In this document: one piece after another, positions 18,065 through 27,591 of the stretch
How the letters are laid out: each line of letters opens with the position of its first letter
Numbering within the stretch: position 1 is the first letter of the stretch
Assembly (NCBI GenBank): GCA_037128175.1
Contig: JBAXWY010000007.1
Location: 1-64,000, forward strand
Reading direction: 5' to 3'
DNA: 64,000 bases
Source: Methanothrix sp.
GTDB taxonomy: Archaea; Halobacteriota; Methanosarcinia; Methanotrichales; Methanotrichaceae
Notes under the pieces: generated by a model
Seen by the model: only the letters and a program-made list of their open reading frames with translations
Told to the model about the DNA's origin: nothing
Databases searched by the model: none
Made by a program: the position numbers and the translations under genes

Positions 18065-18835
18065 ATGGTTATGAAGATCGCAGAGTGGTTTGACAATTTG
18101 CCTCTTCCGGGCCTGGTCAAGGACATAATTTTCGTGGTTGTGGTAGTGGGTGGCATATCCTTGCTATCTCAACTGGTATTGGGCCTCTGGACGCCCATGG
18201 TTGCCGTGGAGTCAGGAAGCATGGTGCCCAACCTCAATATTGGAGACATAGTAGTAGTTCAGGGGGCATCGCGCACAAATGTAATTCCCTGGGACGAGGC
18301 AGAGAAAACCAACTATACGGCCTTCAATAAGCCGGGGGATGTCATACTCTACCGGCCCTATGGCAAGGCTAGCCTGAATCTGCTGGACCAGTTCAAAATG
18401 CTTCTGGGATTTGCGCCCGGCAAAGAGAAGGCCACGCCCATCATTCACCGTGCACTGCATTATGTGAAAGCTGGAGAGCCCATGTGGGAAAGCGGGCCTG
18501 CCGCACCCTTCTCCGGCTATATCACTAAAGGTGACCACAATGAGGTGATCGACCAAATGGCCGGTCAGATCTTCGGCACGGCCAATAAATCCTATGTCGA
18601 GACAAACCGGGGCGAGATTATGGATGTAGGCAGTGATGTATACCTGGACAAGAAGACCGGCCTGCTCATTTACAAGACCGAAAACGGTACCTTTGTAGGC
18701 GAAGGTATCAGCTTCCTTACGCCCGTAAAGGAGGAATGGGTCATTGGGGTAGCGAGAGCCAAGATCCCGCTGGTAGGCTATGTCAGGCTTCTGCCCAACA
18801 TCATCTACGATGGGATTAAAAAGATCATAAGCTAG
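18065..18835 (+). CDS. Signal peptidase I (S26B/Sec11 type)
   Basis: TM, VESGSMVP, GD, IIHR, TKGDHN...D. Confidence 0.9.
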   Translation: MVMKIAEWFDNLPLPGLVKDIIFVVVVVGGISLLSQLVLGLWTPMVAVESGSMVPNLNIGDIVVVQGASRTNVIPWDEAEKTNYTAFNKPGDVILYRPYGKASLNLLDQFKMLLGFAPGKEKATPIIHRALHYVKAGEPMWESGPAAPFSGYITKGDHNEVIDQMAGQIFGTANKSYVETNRGEIMDVGSDVYLDKKTGLLIYKTENGTFVGEGISFLTPVKEEWVIGVARAKIPLVGYVRLLPNIIYDGIKKIIS

Positions 18836-19478
18836 CCTGCATGGCAAAATGGTCCTGGTGAAAGGGCAGAAGATCCATAACCTGCAAGAGATTCAGATCT
18901 TGCAGATTTTTCATCTCTGCCTGAAGAACTGCCTCAGGACTGGCAGTTACATCCACGGAGCGAGTCTTGAGCATGAGGATGAGATCGCCGCCGGACTTTA
19001 GATAGCGAGCACAGTTTCTGGATGCGATCTCGGCTTGACTACGCTGAGCTACATCCTGATAGACCAGGTCTACCGGCTCGACAAGAAATGCATACTCTTC
19101 GGGCCGGGCTGCATCGGCAAGGATGGGCACGATGTTTTTGCGCCTCTCGCAAAGCCGGACCAAATCGCGCATGGCGCGGGGTGAGAACTCCACGGCATAG
19201 ACCAGCCCATCGCGAACGATATCGCTAACATGGCTGACTGTGGTGCCTGTGGCCGCACCCAGATAGAGAACCTTTGCATCGCGTGCCAGTACAGGCCGCG
19301 TGCTACGACCCTTGAGCAGGAGGGCAGCGAGCTTGGAGCGAAAAGGATCCCAGAGCCGGTAACCTTCCAGGATGCGCTCCCCATAAACGGGCACATCGTC
19401 ATCTGATCTGGTCGCCAGCCTCTTTTGCCCATCCACCTCTAAGATGAATACTCCAGGTGAAATTTCCAGAGGAGGCAT
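18825..19478 (-). CDS. flpA: Fibrillarin-like rRNA/tRNA 2'-O-methyltransferase
   Basis: WDPFRSKLAA, VLYLGAATGTTVSHVSD, DVAQ. Confidence 0.95.
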   Translation of the reverse strand: MPPLEISPGVFILEVDGQKRLATRSDDDVPVYGERILEGYRLWDPFRSKLAALLLKGRSTRPVLARDAKVLYLGAATGTTVSHVSDIVRDGLVYAVEFSPRAMRDLVRLCERRKNIVPILADAARPEEYAFLVEPVDLVYQDVAQRSQAEIASRNCARYLKSGGDLILMLKTRSVDVTASPEAVLQAEMKNLQDLNLLQVMDLLPFHQDHFAMQASL

Positions 19479-19497
19479 GATTATTTGGCCATTAGAG

Positions 19498-19920
19498 TTA
19501 GAGCTCTTTGCCCATGGAGGTCGTGGTGAGTTTGACGTGCTTTACGCCCTTTAGAGACATCATCTTCTCGGCTGCCTTTCTTACATCCTGACCCTCGCCC
19601 CGCAAAACGATAACCTCCAGGCAGTTTTCGTGGTCCAAATGCACATGCAAGCTGGACTGGATAATGCCTCCCGCTTCATGCTGGATCTCCGTCAGATTCT
19701 CCACCAGACCGCGTTGACCATGAGAATACACGAGGGAGATTACGCCCACCCTCTCGCCCTGCACATCGCTCATCCACTCGTAATGGACGATGTAGTTTCG
19801 AATGGCATCTCTGATACCCTCTGAACGCGACGAGTAGCCGCGATGCAGGATTATCTCATCAAACCTGGAGAGCAGCTTCTCCGGCAGAGAAACACCGATC
19901 CTCATTAATTCTTGGTCCAT
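19498..19920 (-). CDS. nikR: Nickel-responsive regulator NikR
   Basis: RIGVSLP RHH, SRSEGIRDA, HVHLDHENCLE. Confidence 0.95.
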   Translation of the reverse strand: MDQELMRIGVSLPEKLLSRFDEIILHRGYSSRSEGIRDAIRNYIVHYEWMSDVQGERVGVISLVYSHGQRGLVENLTEIQHEAGGIIQSSLHVHLDHENCLEVIVLRGEGQDVRKAAEKMMSLKGVKHVKLTTTSMGKEL

Positions 19921-20022
19921 ATATAATCGCGATCAATATACCAATGTTATTTAGTAATAAACTTAATGGAGAAAAATGTACCATAAAGGTTTTCACTGGG
20001 CAGGGCAATAAAAGATAGTAAT

Positions 20023-20583
20023 ATGTCAGATATCGCGCTCATCGGCGAGAGAACCTTTCTCTATGAAAAGCTCTTCGAAGATTTAGGAGTAAGCTTTCAG
20101 TTTCTCTCCTCCGCCGTCTTAGGCAGCCCCTTTCTGCCCAGGTTCAAGGTTGTAATTATTCCCACGGGCTTTGCCAACCCAGAGTACTCCAAGACACTGC
20201 CGGCACTACAGAGGATGAAGTCGAATATCTCCGACTTTGTGAAAAGTGGAGGAGTACTGACAGTCTTCGGTCCGATGGTGCCCGAGCACGAATATGATTG
20301 GCTGCCCCTGCCGCTCCGCTATGTTTGCGAGCTATCCTCCCGAAGCGTTACTCCCTACGGGCACGAGTGCTCCTGCTTGCTTTGCACCAGCACGCCGGAA
20401 TGTGACGGCTACCTGGTCCCTGGCGAGGGCTTTGAGACCGTCTTGAAAGACGAAAAAGGCAGGGCCATCCTGGTCCGGGCAAAGTTTGGAGATGGGCAGA
20501 TCGTGGCCACATCAATACACGAATTTCCTGCTGCGCAGTACATAATGTGGGCTTTAAGCCGGGCGAGACCTGCCAAGCTCTGA
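20023..20583 (+). CDS. Conserved hypothetical protein (class I glutamine amidotransferase-like fold)
   Basis: VIIPTGF...FVKSGG...G.G.IVATSIHE. Confidence 0.7.
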   Translation: MSDIALIGERTFLYEKLFEDLGVSFQFLSSAVLGSPFLPRFKVVIIPTGFANPEYSKTLPALQRMKSNISDFVKSGGVLTVFGPMVPEHEYDWLPLPLRYVCELSSRSVTPYGHECSCLLCTSTPECDGYLVPGEGFETVLKDEKGRAILVRAKFGDGQIVATSIHEFPAAQYIMWALSRARPAKL

Positions 20584-20587
20584 GGAG

Positions 20588-20842
20588 ATGAAGATCTTGC
20601 AACAAGAAATGCCCGCTAATGAGGAGATGCCCATAAAAAAGAAGAGCAAGCTACGTGAAGAGATCGAGAGCTTGCTGAAGGAGAAAGGAATTACGCGAGA
20701 AGAGCGGATAACGGTCATGAGCCTGGATACAGGGGAGACCCATTACTTCAACGATTATCCAGAGGCCCTGCAGTTTCTCAAAGAAAAGAAAGGGCGATGG
20801 TACCTGACAACGCCGGGGATCAGACGCGAAAGTATTCAATAG
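20588..20842 (+). CDS. Small hypothetical protein
   Basis: GAGGAG SD directly after previous gene. Confidence 0.7.
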   Translation: MKILQQEMPANEEMPIKKKSKLREEIESLLKEKGITREERITVMSLDTGETHYFNDYPEALQFLKEKKGRWYLTTPGIRRESIQ

Positions 20843-20861
20843 CATTTTCAAAAAAATCAAA

Positions 20862-21827
20862 TTAGAAAAGAGGTGTCCCGAAGGACTGCTCCTCCGCTTC
20901 CATCAGCTCTATCCAGGTGGACTTGCACGGGCAGTCCAGGGTGTGGAATGGCGCGACATCCTGAGAGAGAGCGTGCGTCCGAATGGCCTCGGCCACGCCG
21001 TCATCACATACTCCGCAGTTATGCGGGCCGCGCCGGGTTCCGGCACCTACAGGATCGCAGACGATGGGGCCAGGCACGCTTTTTAGCACCTCCAGGGCCG
21101 ACCAGAGCCAGGGTGGCCGAAACTCGCCTCGCTCCCACATGCGCTCCACCACAGTATTACGCTGCACATTGCAAAGGTTGAGAGATAGAATATCCGCGTG
21201 GTCGCTGGCCGCCCGGGCAGAAGCGATGGCATCTCTCATGGCCTGGCCTTCTGAGAGCAGAGGTGGCTTGAGCAGGAGATAAGCTTTGACTCGCCCACCC
21301 TGCCTGTGCACGGCTTCAGAGGCGTCGGCAAAGTCCTGGAAGGTGAAGCCCTTCTTGATGGCGTTCTCCCGGATGAGGTCATTGGCCGTCTCCAGACCAA
21401 TGGCAAACTCCGTGGGAAGACAAGTGAGGCATATCTCGACCGTCTGGGCCGTTACATACTCGGGACGGGTCTCGATGACCAGCTTCTTGATTCCCAGTGC
21501 CTTTAGCCTTTTTAAGATCTCATCGCGGGCCTGCACCGGCATCTCGGCAGGATCCAGGAAGCTGCCGCTGGTGTAAATCTTGACCACGGAAAGGTCCATT
21601 GAGGACCTCTCCATGGCGCACTCGAACTGGGCGATCAGGTCCAGGGCTGACGCGGGCGCTCCCTCGCCGGCATAGCCGCACATGGTGCAGCGGTTCCAGC
21701 GACAGCCCACGGTACGCAGGATCATGGTCAACGATTCTGCTGTCCGACCGTCCTGGAGATCCTGCGAACGCCATACGGTAACGGGCCTTCTCAGATCCAG
21801 CTCTCTGTCCACTCTTGCTCTTGCCAT
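20862..21827 (-). CDS. Archaeosine biosynthesis radical SAM protein RaSEA
   Basis: LRTVGCRWNRCTMCGY, IYTSGSFLD, YLLLKPP, RPPWLWS, RGPHNCG. Confidence 0.9.
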   Translation of the reverse strand: MARARVDRELDLRRPVTVWRSQDLQDGRTAESLTMILRTVGCRWNRCTMCGYAGEGAPASALDLIAQFECAMERSSMDLSVVKIYTSGSFLDPAEMPVQARDEILKRLKALGIKKLVIETRPEYVTAQTVEICLTCLPTEFAIGLETANDLIRENAIKKGFTFQDFADASEAVHRQGGRVKAYLLLKPPLLSEGQAMRDAIASARAASDHADILSLNLCNVQRNTVVERMWERGEFRPPWLWSALEVLKSVPGPIVCDPVGAGTRRGPHNCGVCDDGVAEAIRTHALSQDVAPFHTLDCPCKSTWIELMEAEEQSFGTPLF

Positions 21828-21831
21828 TGCC

Positions 21832-22731
21832 TTACCCTAAATATTGCAGAGCACTGATGCCAGCCGATGCGCCCGTGCCTACGGCGGTGGCCACCTGCAG
21901 CCTTCCGCCCGTCAGGTCTCCGGCAGCGAAGACTCCCGGCATGTTCGTCTCCTGATTGAGCCGGTTGACCTTTACGTAGCCGCCGCTCGTCATCTCCAGG
22001 CCCAGGGCAGCCGCCAACTCGGTGTTGGGATTCATGCCCATCTCCACGAAGACGCCGTCCGCCTTCAGAGAACGGGGAGTGTTGCCGACCTTATACTCCA
22101 CGCTGGAGACGAACTGGTCGCCCAAAATCTCTGTGATCTCCGCTCCGAAGGAAGCGGTGTAGTTGGGTAGCTTCTTGATGCGGTCCAGGTAAACCGATTC
22201 TGCGACCAGCTTCTCTCGCATGGAGAGCAGATGCACCTTGTCGGCGATGTTGGCTAAATAGAGAACTGCCCGGGCAGCGCCGTTGCCGTAGCCCACCACG
22301 GCCACTGCCTTGCCCCGGAAGAGCGCACCATCGCAGTGCACACAGTAGGACACGCCCCGTGCCGTCAGCTCCTTCTCGCCAGGCACGCCGATGGCGCGAT
22401 GGCTGGCGCCCATGGCCAGGATGACGGCTTTGGCCTCGTACTGCCAGTTCTCCGTCTTGAGGCGAAAGGAGTCGCGCAGAGGCACGATCTTCTCCACCTG
22501 ATCAATCTGGTTCTCCGCCCCGAACTTCTGGGCCTGGGCCAGCATCCTCTCCGAGAGCTCTATGCCCTGAATGCCCTCCGGAAATCCGGGGTAGTTTTCA
22601 TAGAGGCCGCCCATGGACTGCTGTGAGCTGTAGATATTGCCCAAAACCAGCGTCTTCTTTCCGCCTCTCGCGCAGTACATGGCAGCGGTCAGCCCAGCCG
22701 GGCCTGCTCCTACTATGACGACATCATGCAA
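21832..22731 (-). CDS. trxB: Thioredoxin reductase
   Basis: GAGPAG, GVSYCVHCDG, GVFAAGD. Confidence 0.9.
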   Translation of the reverse strand: MHDVVIVGAGPAGLTAAMYCARGGKKTLVLGNIYSSQQSMGGLYENYPGFPEGIQGIELSERMLAQAQKFGAENQIDQVEKIVPLRDSFRLKTENWQYEAKAVILAMGASHRAIGVPGEKELTARGVSYCVHCDGALFRGKAVAVVGYGNGAARAVLYLANIADKVHLLSMREKLVAESVYLDRIKKLPNYTASFGAEITEILGDQFVSSVEYKVGNTPRSLKADGVFVEMGMNPNTELAAALGLEMTSGGYVKVNRLNQETNMPGVFAAGDLTGGRLQVATAVGTGASAGISALQYLG

Positions 22732-22872
22732 GCGAATATCACCATAAAGAAGCCCCCCTTCAAGGTAGATAAAGGGTATGTAGCCTTGGGCGCGAGCCCA
22801 GGGCAGGGCATTTTACCCGCAATGTTTTTAGACTAGAAGGTGATTGTAGGGGATGCTTCGTGAAACACGATA

Positions 22873-22944
22873 GCGCCGATAGTGTAGCGGTTATCACTAG
22901 GCGTTGCCAACGCCTAAACTCGGGTTCGATTCCCGATCGGCGCA
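22873..22944 (+). tRNA. tRNA-Gly(GCC)
   Basis: GCGCCGA/TCGGCGC acceptor stem, AGGCG-TTGCCAA-CGCCT anticodon arm, GGTTCGATTCC T arm; CCA not encoded. Confidence 0.95.
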
Positions 22945-23100
22945 TATTATTACCAGCACGATTTATATTCTATTTTGGAAAGAATTATATTATTGTCAAC
23001 TCAGTATTCCAAATGGGATTGACTCATAACTAAACGCGGATCTTGCAAAAGTTTTCGCTTGTCTAAACTCTCGACTTGTAGCGAGAAAGGGGAAACATCG

Positions 23101-23451
23101 ATGAAAATAGAACTCATCCAACAAATGCAGAGTCGAATTGACCCGCTGGCCCAGACTTTGCCGGGCAAAAATGTAGAATTCTGGTTTGCCAGGGACTTGC
23201 AGTAGTCGCTAGGATATGCCCATTGGGAAAACTTTCTCACTGCCATCAAGCGAGCCGTAGAGTCCTGTGAAACAACTGGTTACAATGTCTACGATCATTT
23301 TCGTGGCGTTACGAAATTGATCACCCACGGCAAGGGCGGACAGCGGGAAATCGAAGATTTCATGCTAACACGCTACGCCAGCTACCTGATAGCCCAGAAC
23401 GGCGACCCCCGCAAGGAACCTATCGGCACGTTGATATGTCTAACGTCATAG
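23101..23451 (+). pseudogene. dinD: DinD-like (Bro-N family) DNA-damage-inducible protein, interrupted and truncated
   Basis: EFWFARDLQ*SLGYAHWENF...LTRYASYLIAQNGDPRKEPI; in-frame TAG at 23203, C-terminal half missing. Confidence 0.8.
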
Positions 23452-23485
23452 TTGATAGAACGTCGATAGATGTGCCATAGAACTA

Positions 23486-25165
23486 CTATACCATGGTATA
23501 ATATGTCCATCTCGGAGGTGTCCCTCGTCGTTGAAGTTTTTTGATGTTCACCATTTTCTTGAGAAGCCTCCCAGCCTGAGGACTCGTTAGCCCACACAAC
23601 TCCATTACATGCCTCCGCTCTATACGTCCATGGGCTTGCACATACTCCATGATCATACCCTCTTGGCGAATTGGAGAAAATCCATGAACTCGCACATAAC
23701 TTTCCGACTGGTCCAGTCTGCGATATAATTCCGCACTCAAATGATAAACTCGCCCTTTAGTCTCTCCTTTACCTTCGATCAAGCCTTTTTCGTTGAGATG
23801 CTCCAGAATTCGCCTGGCCTCAGCAGTGCCTTTCTGGATCAGCAATCCCGCAAGTTCGGAATCTATTCTTCGATCAAAGAACAGAGTATTCAATATCATG
23901 AGTTCATCCAAAGTCAAGCGTAGACCTTTTTTATCCTGCTCGTAGACGAAAGCAGAGAATTGCTGAGAGGCCTTTCCTCCAGACAAAACGACTCGAACCC
24001 CATCGGGATCGCTTCTTGTATAGTCTGGTGGGGGTCGACCATACCTTAGCTGACCCATGTAGATCCTATCCACGCCTCTGCCAGTCTGCTCAACTATTCC
24101 GATTCTCTTGAACGCATCCGCTAATCGCGGATTTCTCGGCTTTGGCTCGTGAACCAGTATGTTCTCGATTGTAATTCCTGCCGGAAATGCTCCTGGATTG
24201 GCTATCAAAAGATGGTCATGGTGCAATTGGACATAAACAGAACCAAGGCGTGTATAATCCCTGTGGATAATCGCATTGTTAAACGCCTCACGAAAACCCT
24301 CAAAAGAGTAATCGGGGATCGGCACCCTAAAAAGACCTACAACAATCTCATTCTCTTGATTACGGACATTAAAACGGGTTTCGATCTCATTTATTAGGCG
24401 AAGCAAAGGCCAGCGAAAGGAATCATTTACCTTCACGTTGCCTTGATCATCCATTACCTGAAAATGCACCTCATGTGTAGGCAAGTTGTTCGCCAGGACG
24501 TCTTCACGACCAAGAATGAGCAACCCGGCAACGTTTGGAACCAGGTGATGTCCCTTGGTCTCGACAAGCTTAAGAGCTTTTGCTATTTCTTCGTTCGAAA
24601 GCTCCAGCAGAGTTCGATCCCCGCGAAGCCTCGATACCGTTTGTCGCAATCGCTCGAATTCTAATGGATCAAGGCTTTCAAAGGATACGTCACCCATTGT
24701 CTGGGAAGAGAAATCCAAAAGACCCAAGTCTACTCGACGAGATCTCTGGTCTCTCGGATAGAACGGAACTGTTTGAGGCTTTCCGTCCGCTTTTATCGTT
24801 CGATGCAATGCTCTCCCTTCAGAGGTAGCACAAGGTTCCGGATAGAGATCAACTTCGATAGCTAAGACCACACCATCAGAATGCAAAATTGTGGCGACCC
24901 GTGTATTAATATTTGGAACCGTGTTATTGAATATAGAAGACTGAAGCTTAAGTGGATCTGTTGTCTTTCCATGTCGGGGCTTGCATCCAGTGACTTTGCC
25001 GTCATCACCTACCCCAATGAGAAGAACTCCTCCGGAGGTGTTTGCAAATGCAACAATTTCTTCATAAATTTCCTTATCAGAAATTTGACGGAGATCTGAT
25101 TTGAATTCACACTCTATTGATTCCCCTAACACGATCAGCTCTTGAAGTCGTTCTATTGTTATCAC
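23486..25165 (-). CDS. Schlafen/AlbA_2 + HATPase_c_4 + wHTH protein (RecG-like-annotated family)
   Basis: ESIECEFK, VAFANTSGGVLLIGVGDDG, REAFNNAIIHRDY, RNPRLAD, EQTGRG. Confidence 0.9.
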   Translation of the reverse strand: MITIERLQELIVLGESIECEFKSDLRQISDKEIYEEIVAFANTSGGVLLIGVGDDGKVTGCKPRHGKTTDPLKLQSSIFNNTVPNINTRVATILHSDGVVLAIEVDLYPEPCATSEGRALHRTIKADGKPQTVPFYPRDQRSRRVDLGLLDFSSQTMGDVSFESLDPLEFERLRQTVSRLRGDRTLLELSNEEIAKALKLVETKGHHLVPNVAGLLILGREDVLANNLPTHEVHFQVMDDQGNVKVNDSFRWPLLRLINEIETRFNVRNQENEIVVGLFRVPIPDYSFEGFREAFNNAIIHRDYTRLGSVYVQLHHDHLLIANPGAFPAGITIENILVHEPKPRNPRLADAFKRIGIVEQTGRGVDRIYMGQLRYGRPPPDYTRSDPDGVRVVLSGGKASQQFSAFVYEQDKKGLRLTLDELMILNTLFFDRRIDSELAGLLIQKGTAEARRILEHLNEKGLIEGKGETKGRVYHLSAELYRRLDQSESYVRVHGFSPIRQEGMIMEYVQAHGRIERRHVMELCGLTSPQAGRLLKKMVNIKKLQRRGTPPRWTYYTMV

Positions 25166-25232
25166 TTAAAGGCACTCCAGATCATTTTCAGCACAATATT
25201 CACCCATTTTTCAGGATCTGCCATCTGCTCGA

Positions 25233-27071
25233 TCACGGGAACTTTGGCGTTCCCATACCGGGCATGCTGACCGAGCTGGGGATGCTCATGCCGATGCCGC
25301 TCATATCTCGGCTGGAAAGCGAGCTTGATCCCGGCAACTCGGTGCGAGTTAGATTATTGGCGTCCGCGACCTGGGACATATCCTTTGGTATATCCATGGG
25401 AATATCCGTAGGGACGTTCTTCGAGATAGTTTGCATCGACATCTCTTGCCTTCCGCCGTTCTTGCGAGAGACGGCAAGAGAGGGCGAATCCGATCCGCCA
25501 AAGGATCCGGCAAGGTCCATGGAAACGGCATCATCGGGCCGCAACATTAGATCAAGACTCTTAAATGTGGACGAGGCACCGCTCGCCGGATCAAGGGTAG
25601 TCATGAGAAGCTGCAACGTTCCCGGCTTGAGATTACCAAGCGTGCTCATGCTGAAGGCCCCCAGAGCCGGATTCATGGAGATGTTGATTCTGCCGGATGG
25701 GTCGATTTTCAGGCCACTAAGAGTGATTCTCTGATAATCGGTATCTATTGAAATTGTGGGAGACAATTGACGGTTGGCGCCGATGCTGACATTATAGGCT
25801 TCTCCCTCCGAGAAAAGGTCCATGCTCTGATTCAGACCCCGCCCCAGGTCAGGAACGGAGCAGGCCAGGGCAAAGCCGGGGGCAATGATGGCCGTATCGG
25901 CCTGATTCCTTTGGCTGCCGTTTGCTGTGCTGCTGATATTTATGGCCAGATGAGAGTCATTTATCAGGGCTAGAGGGAGCAGAATGACGGGCGGATGAGA
26001 ACCGCCGATGCCGGCCAGGCCAAACTTCAGATTGCGAATCTCGGCCCCCGGGATCTCATTTACCAACTGGCCCGACTCCAGGAGACCGACTCTCTGGCCG
26101 CTTTCATCTGTGACCAGGGCGCGAGCCTTGCCGCTCTGCCAAATCTGGATGCTTTTTGTACTCCCGGCAGCACTTTCCTTGGCAGCGCCACTCTCCTCTC
26201 CACAAAAATCGCACTGCTGCTGCCCGAGGCGCGAAGAGAGAGAGACAATCTCCAGATTCCTGGTGCTGGCATTACCGGAATAAAGGCTGTTTGGCTCATC
26301 CGGATTGGATGATGCCAGGTAGCGCCAGGAATTGGTGAGCGTGTCCACCTCGATGAACCTGCTATCCTTGGGCCAGTTATTATCATATACCAGAATACGG
26401 GCCGTGCCGTTGCCGAGATCCTCAACAGCATAAGGCGTAATAGCGTGGCCGCCGCTGCCGTCAGGCAAATAGATGCCCATGACCCACATTTCTCCGGCAC
26501 CTGACCCATTGCCAAAGGCGCTGGCTAAAGTTTCCAGCACGACCTGAGGGGACTCCAGAACCTTCTTCGACCCGCCGGGACTTGTGACCTGGGTGGTCCA
26601 CCAGTAGCCAATCTCGCGCTGCAGCAAGACATCTTGCAGAGATAGATCAATGACGCTGTTACCTCCAAAAAGGCCGGGGCTGGTCTTGTTGTAATACAAA
26701 AGGCTGGATAGGACAGCGATGCCTTCGCAGTGTCCGGATTTCATAGCAGAAACGGCCTGATTCATCCAGCGCTCGGCAGGATAGGTGAGAGTGCACTTGC
26801 CACCGGCCGTACTGGCGCATACTTTGTCTCCGAACATGCGCTGTAGCTCCGCCGGGGTCAGATCGACGGTCACGGGGTCCTCGGCGTAGTTTTGAAAGCT
26901 GAATCCATCGATATTGGGTCGAAAACCGCTATCGTTTATTTCCGCGCCCTCCAGAAAGACGCTGCTGTTATTCTCGGCCCCCATTGCACAAAACATAGTA
27001 GCATATAGAGATAATAATGCCATCACTGCAAGATATTGCTTCCTCATAGTTCCCCTGTTCCTCTGCCACAT
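25233..27071 (-). CDS. Secreted hypothetical protein, possible papain-like Cys peptidase fold
   Basis: Signal peptide; GFSFQNY, GHCEG, GGHAITPYAV, VYDNN. Confidence 0.75.
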   Translation of the reverse strand: MWQRNRGTMRKQYLAVMALLSLYATMFCAMGAENNSSVFLEGAEINDSGFRPNIDGFSFQNYAEDPVTVDLTPAELQRMFGDKVCASTAGGKCTLTYPAERWMNQAVSAMKSGHCEGIAVLSSLLYYNKTSPGLFGGNSVIDLSLQDVLLQREIGYWWTTQVTSPGGSKKVLESPQVVLETLASAFGNGSGAGEMWVMGIYLPDGSGGHAITPYAVEDLGNGTARILVYDNNWPKDSRFIEVDTLTNSWRYLASSNPDEPNSLYSGNASTRNLEIVSLSSRLGQQQCDFCGEESGAAKESAAGSTKSIQIWQSGKARALVTDESGQRVGLLESGQLVNEIPGAEIRNLKFGLAGIGGSHPPVILLPLALINDSHLAINISSTANGSQRNQADTAIIAPGFALACSVPDLGRGLNQSMDLFSEGEAYNVSIGANRQLSPTISIDTDYQRITLSGLKIDPSGRINISMNPALGAFSMSTLGNLKPGTLQLLMTTLDPASGASSTFKSLDLMLRPDDAVSMDLAGSFGGSDSPSLAVSRKNGGRQEMSMQTISKNVPTDIPMDIPKDMSQVADANNLTRTELPGSSSLSSRDMSGIGMSIPSSVSMPGMGTPKFP

Positions 27072-27189
27072 CTGATTAGAAATCGCTAACTAGCTTTTCC
27101 TTGGGACTTATACATCTTTTGCCGCAATATGAACGCAAAATTTATATTTTAGGCGAGATGACGTGAGGCAAAAAAGAGTGGGTGTAGAA

Positions 27190-27516
27190 ATGAAGAACTT
27201 CTTAGTAATGGCATCAATGATTATGTTCGTATTCGCAGCTCAAGGCTTTGGTTTCGCCTTAGGGGCAGAGCAGGCAGCAGCAAATGATTCGATCAACGCT
27301 TCCCAGATGAACGAAACCCTCAAGAATACAACTCTGATCAATGAGACACTTGAGAATGTAACGATCATCAACGGAACACTTGAGAATGTAACGATCATCA
27401 ATGGGACACTTGAGAATGTAACAATCATCAACGAGACACTTGAGAACGCATCTTTATCCCAGAACGAGTCTGACCCGTTCACAAATGCAAAGAACCGCAA
27501 GCCAAGCAGCAGATAA
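27190..27516 (+). CDS. Small secreted protein with 10-aa tandem repeats
   Basis: Signal peptide; (INETLENVTI)-like repeats. Confidence 0.8.
   Translation: MKNFLVMASMIMFVFAAQGFGFALGAEQAAANDSINASQMNETLKNTTLINETLENVTIINGTLENVTIINGTLENVTIINETLENASLSQNESDPFTNAKNRKPSSR
27337..27447 (+). repeat. 30-bp coding tandem repeat (~3.7 copies)
   Basis: ATCAAYGRRACACTTGAGAATGTAACRATC units. Confidence 0.9.
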
Positions 27517-27591
27517 ATCTTGGCATTTTTTATTTCTTTTTCTTAATCGCATCCTTCATCTTTGTGAACTATCCAACGCTCATCCGATGAT

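Noticed and set aside
22760-22945. 61-aa ORF on the minus strand
   Set aside because: It is the antisense of tRNA-Gly.
23203-23205. In-frame TAG in dinD as pyrrolysine read-through
   Set aside because: The gene is also truncated shortly downstream, no pyl genes are visible, and many genes here use TAG as stop.
22920-25230. att duplication of the tRNA-Gly 3' end
   Set aside because: No second copy of the tRNA 3' sequence was noticed in the window and there is no integrase beside it.
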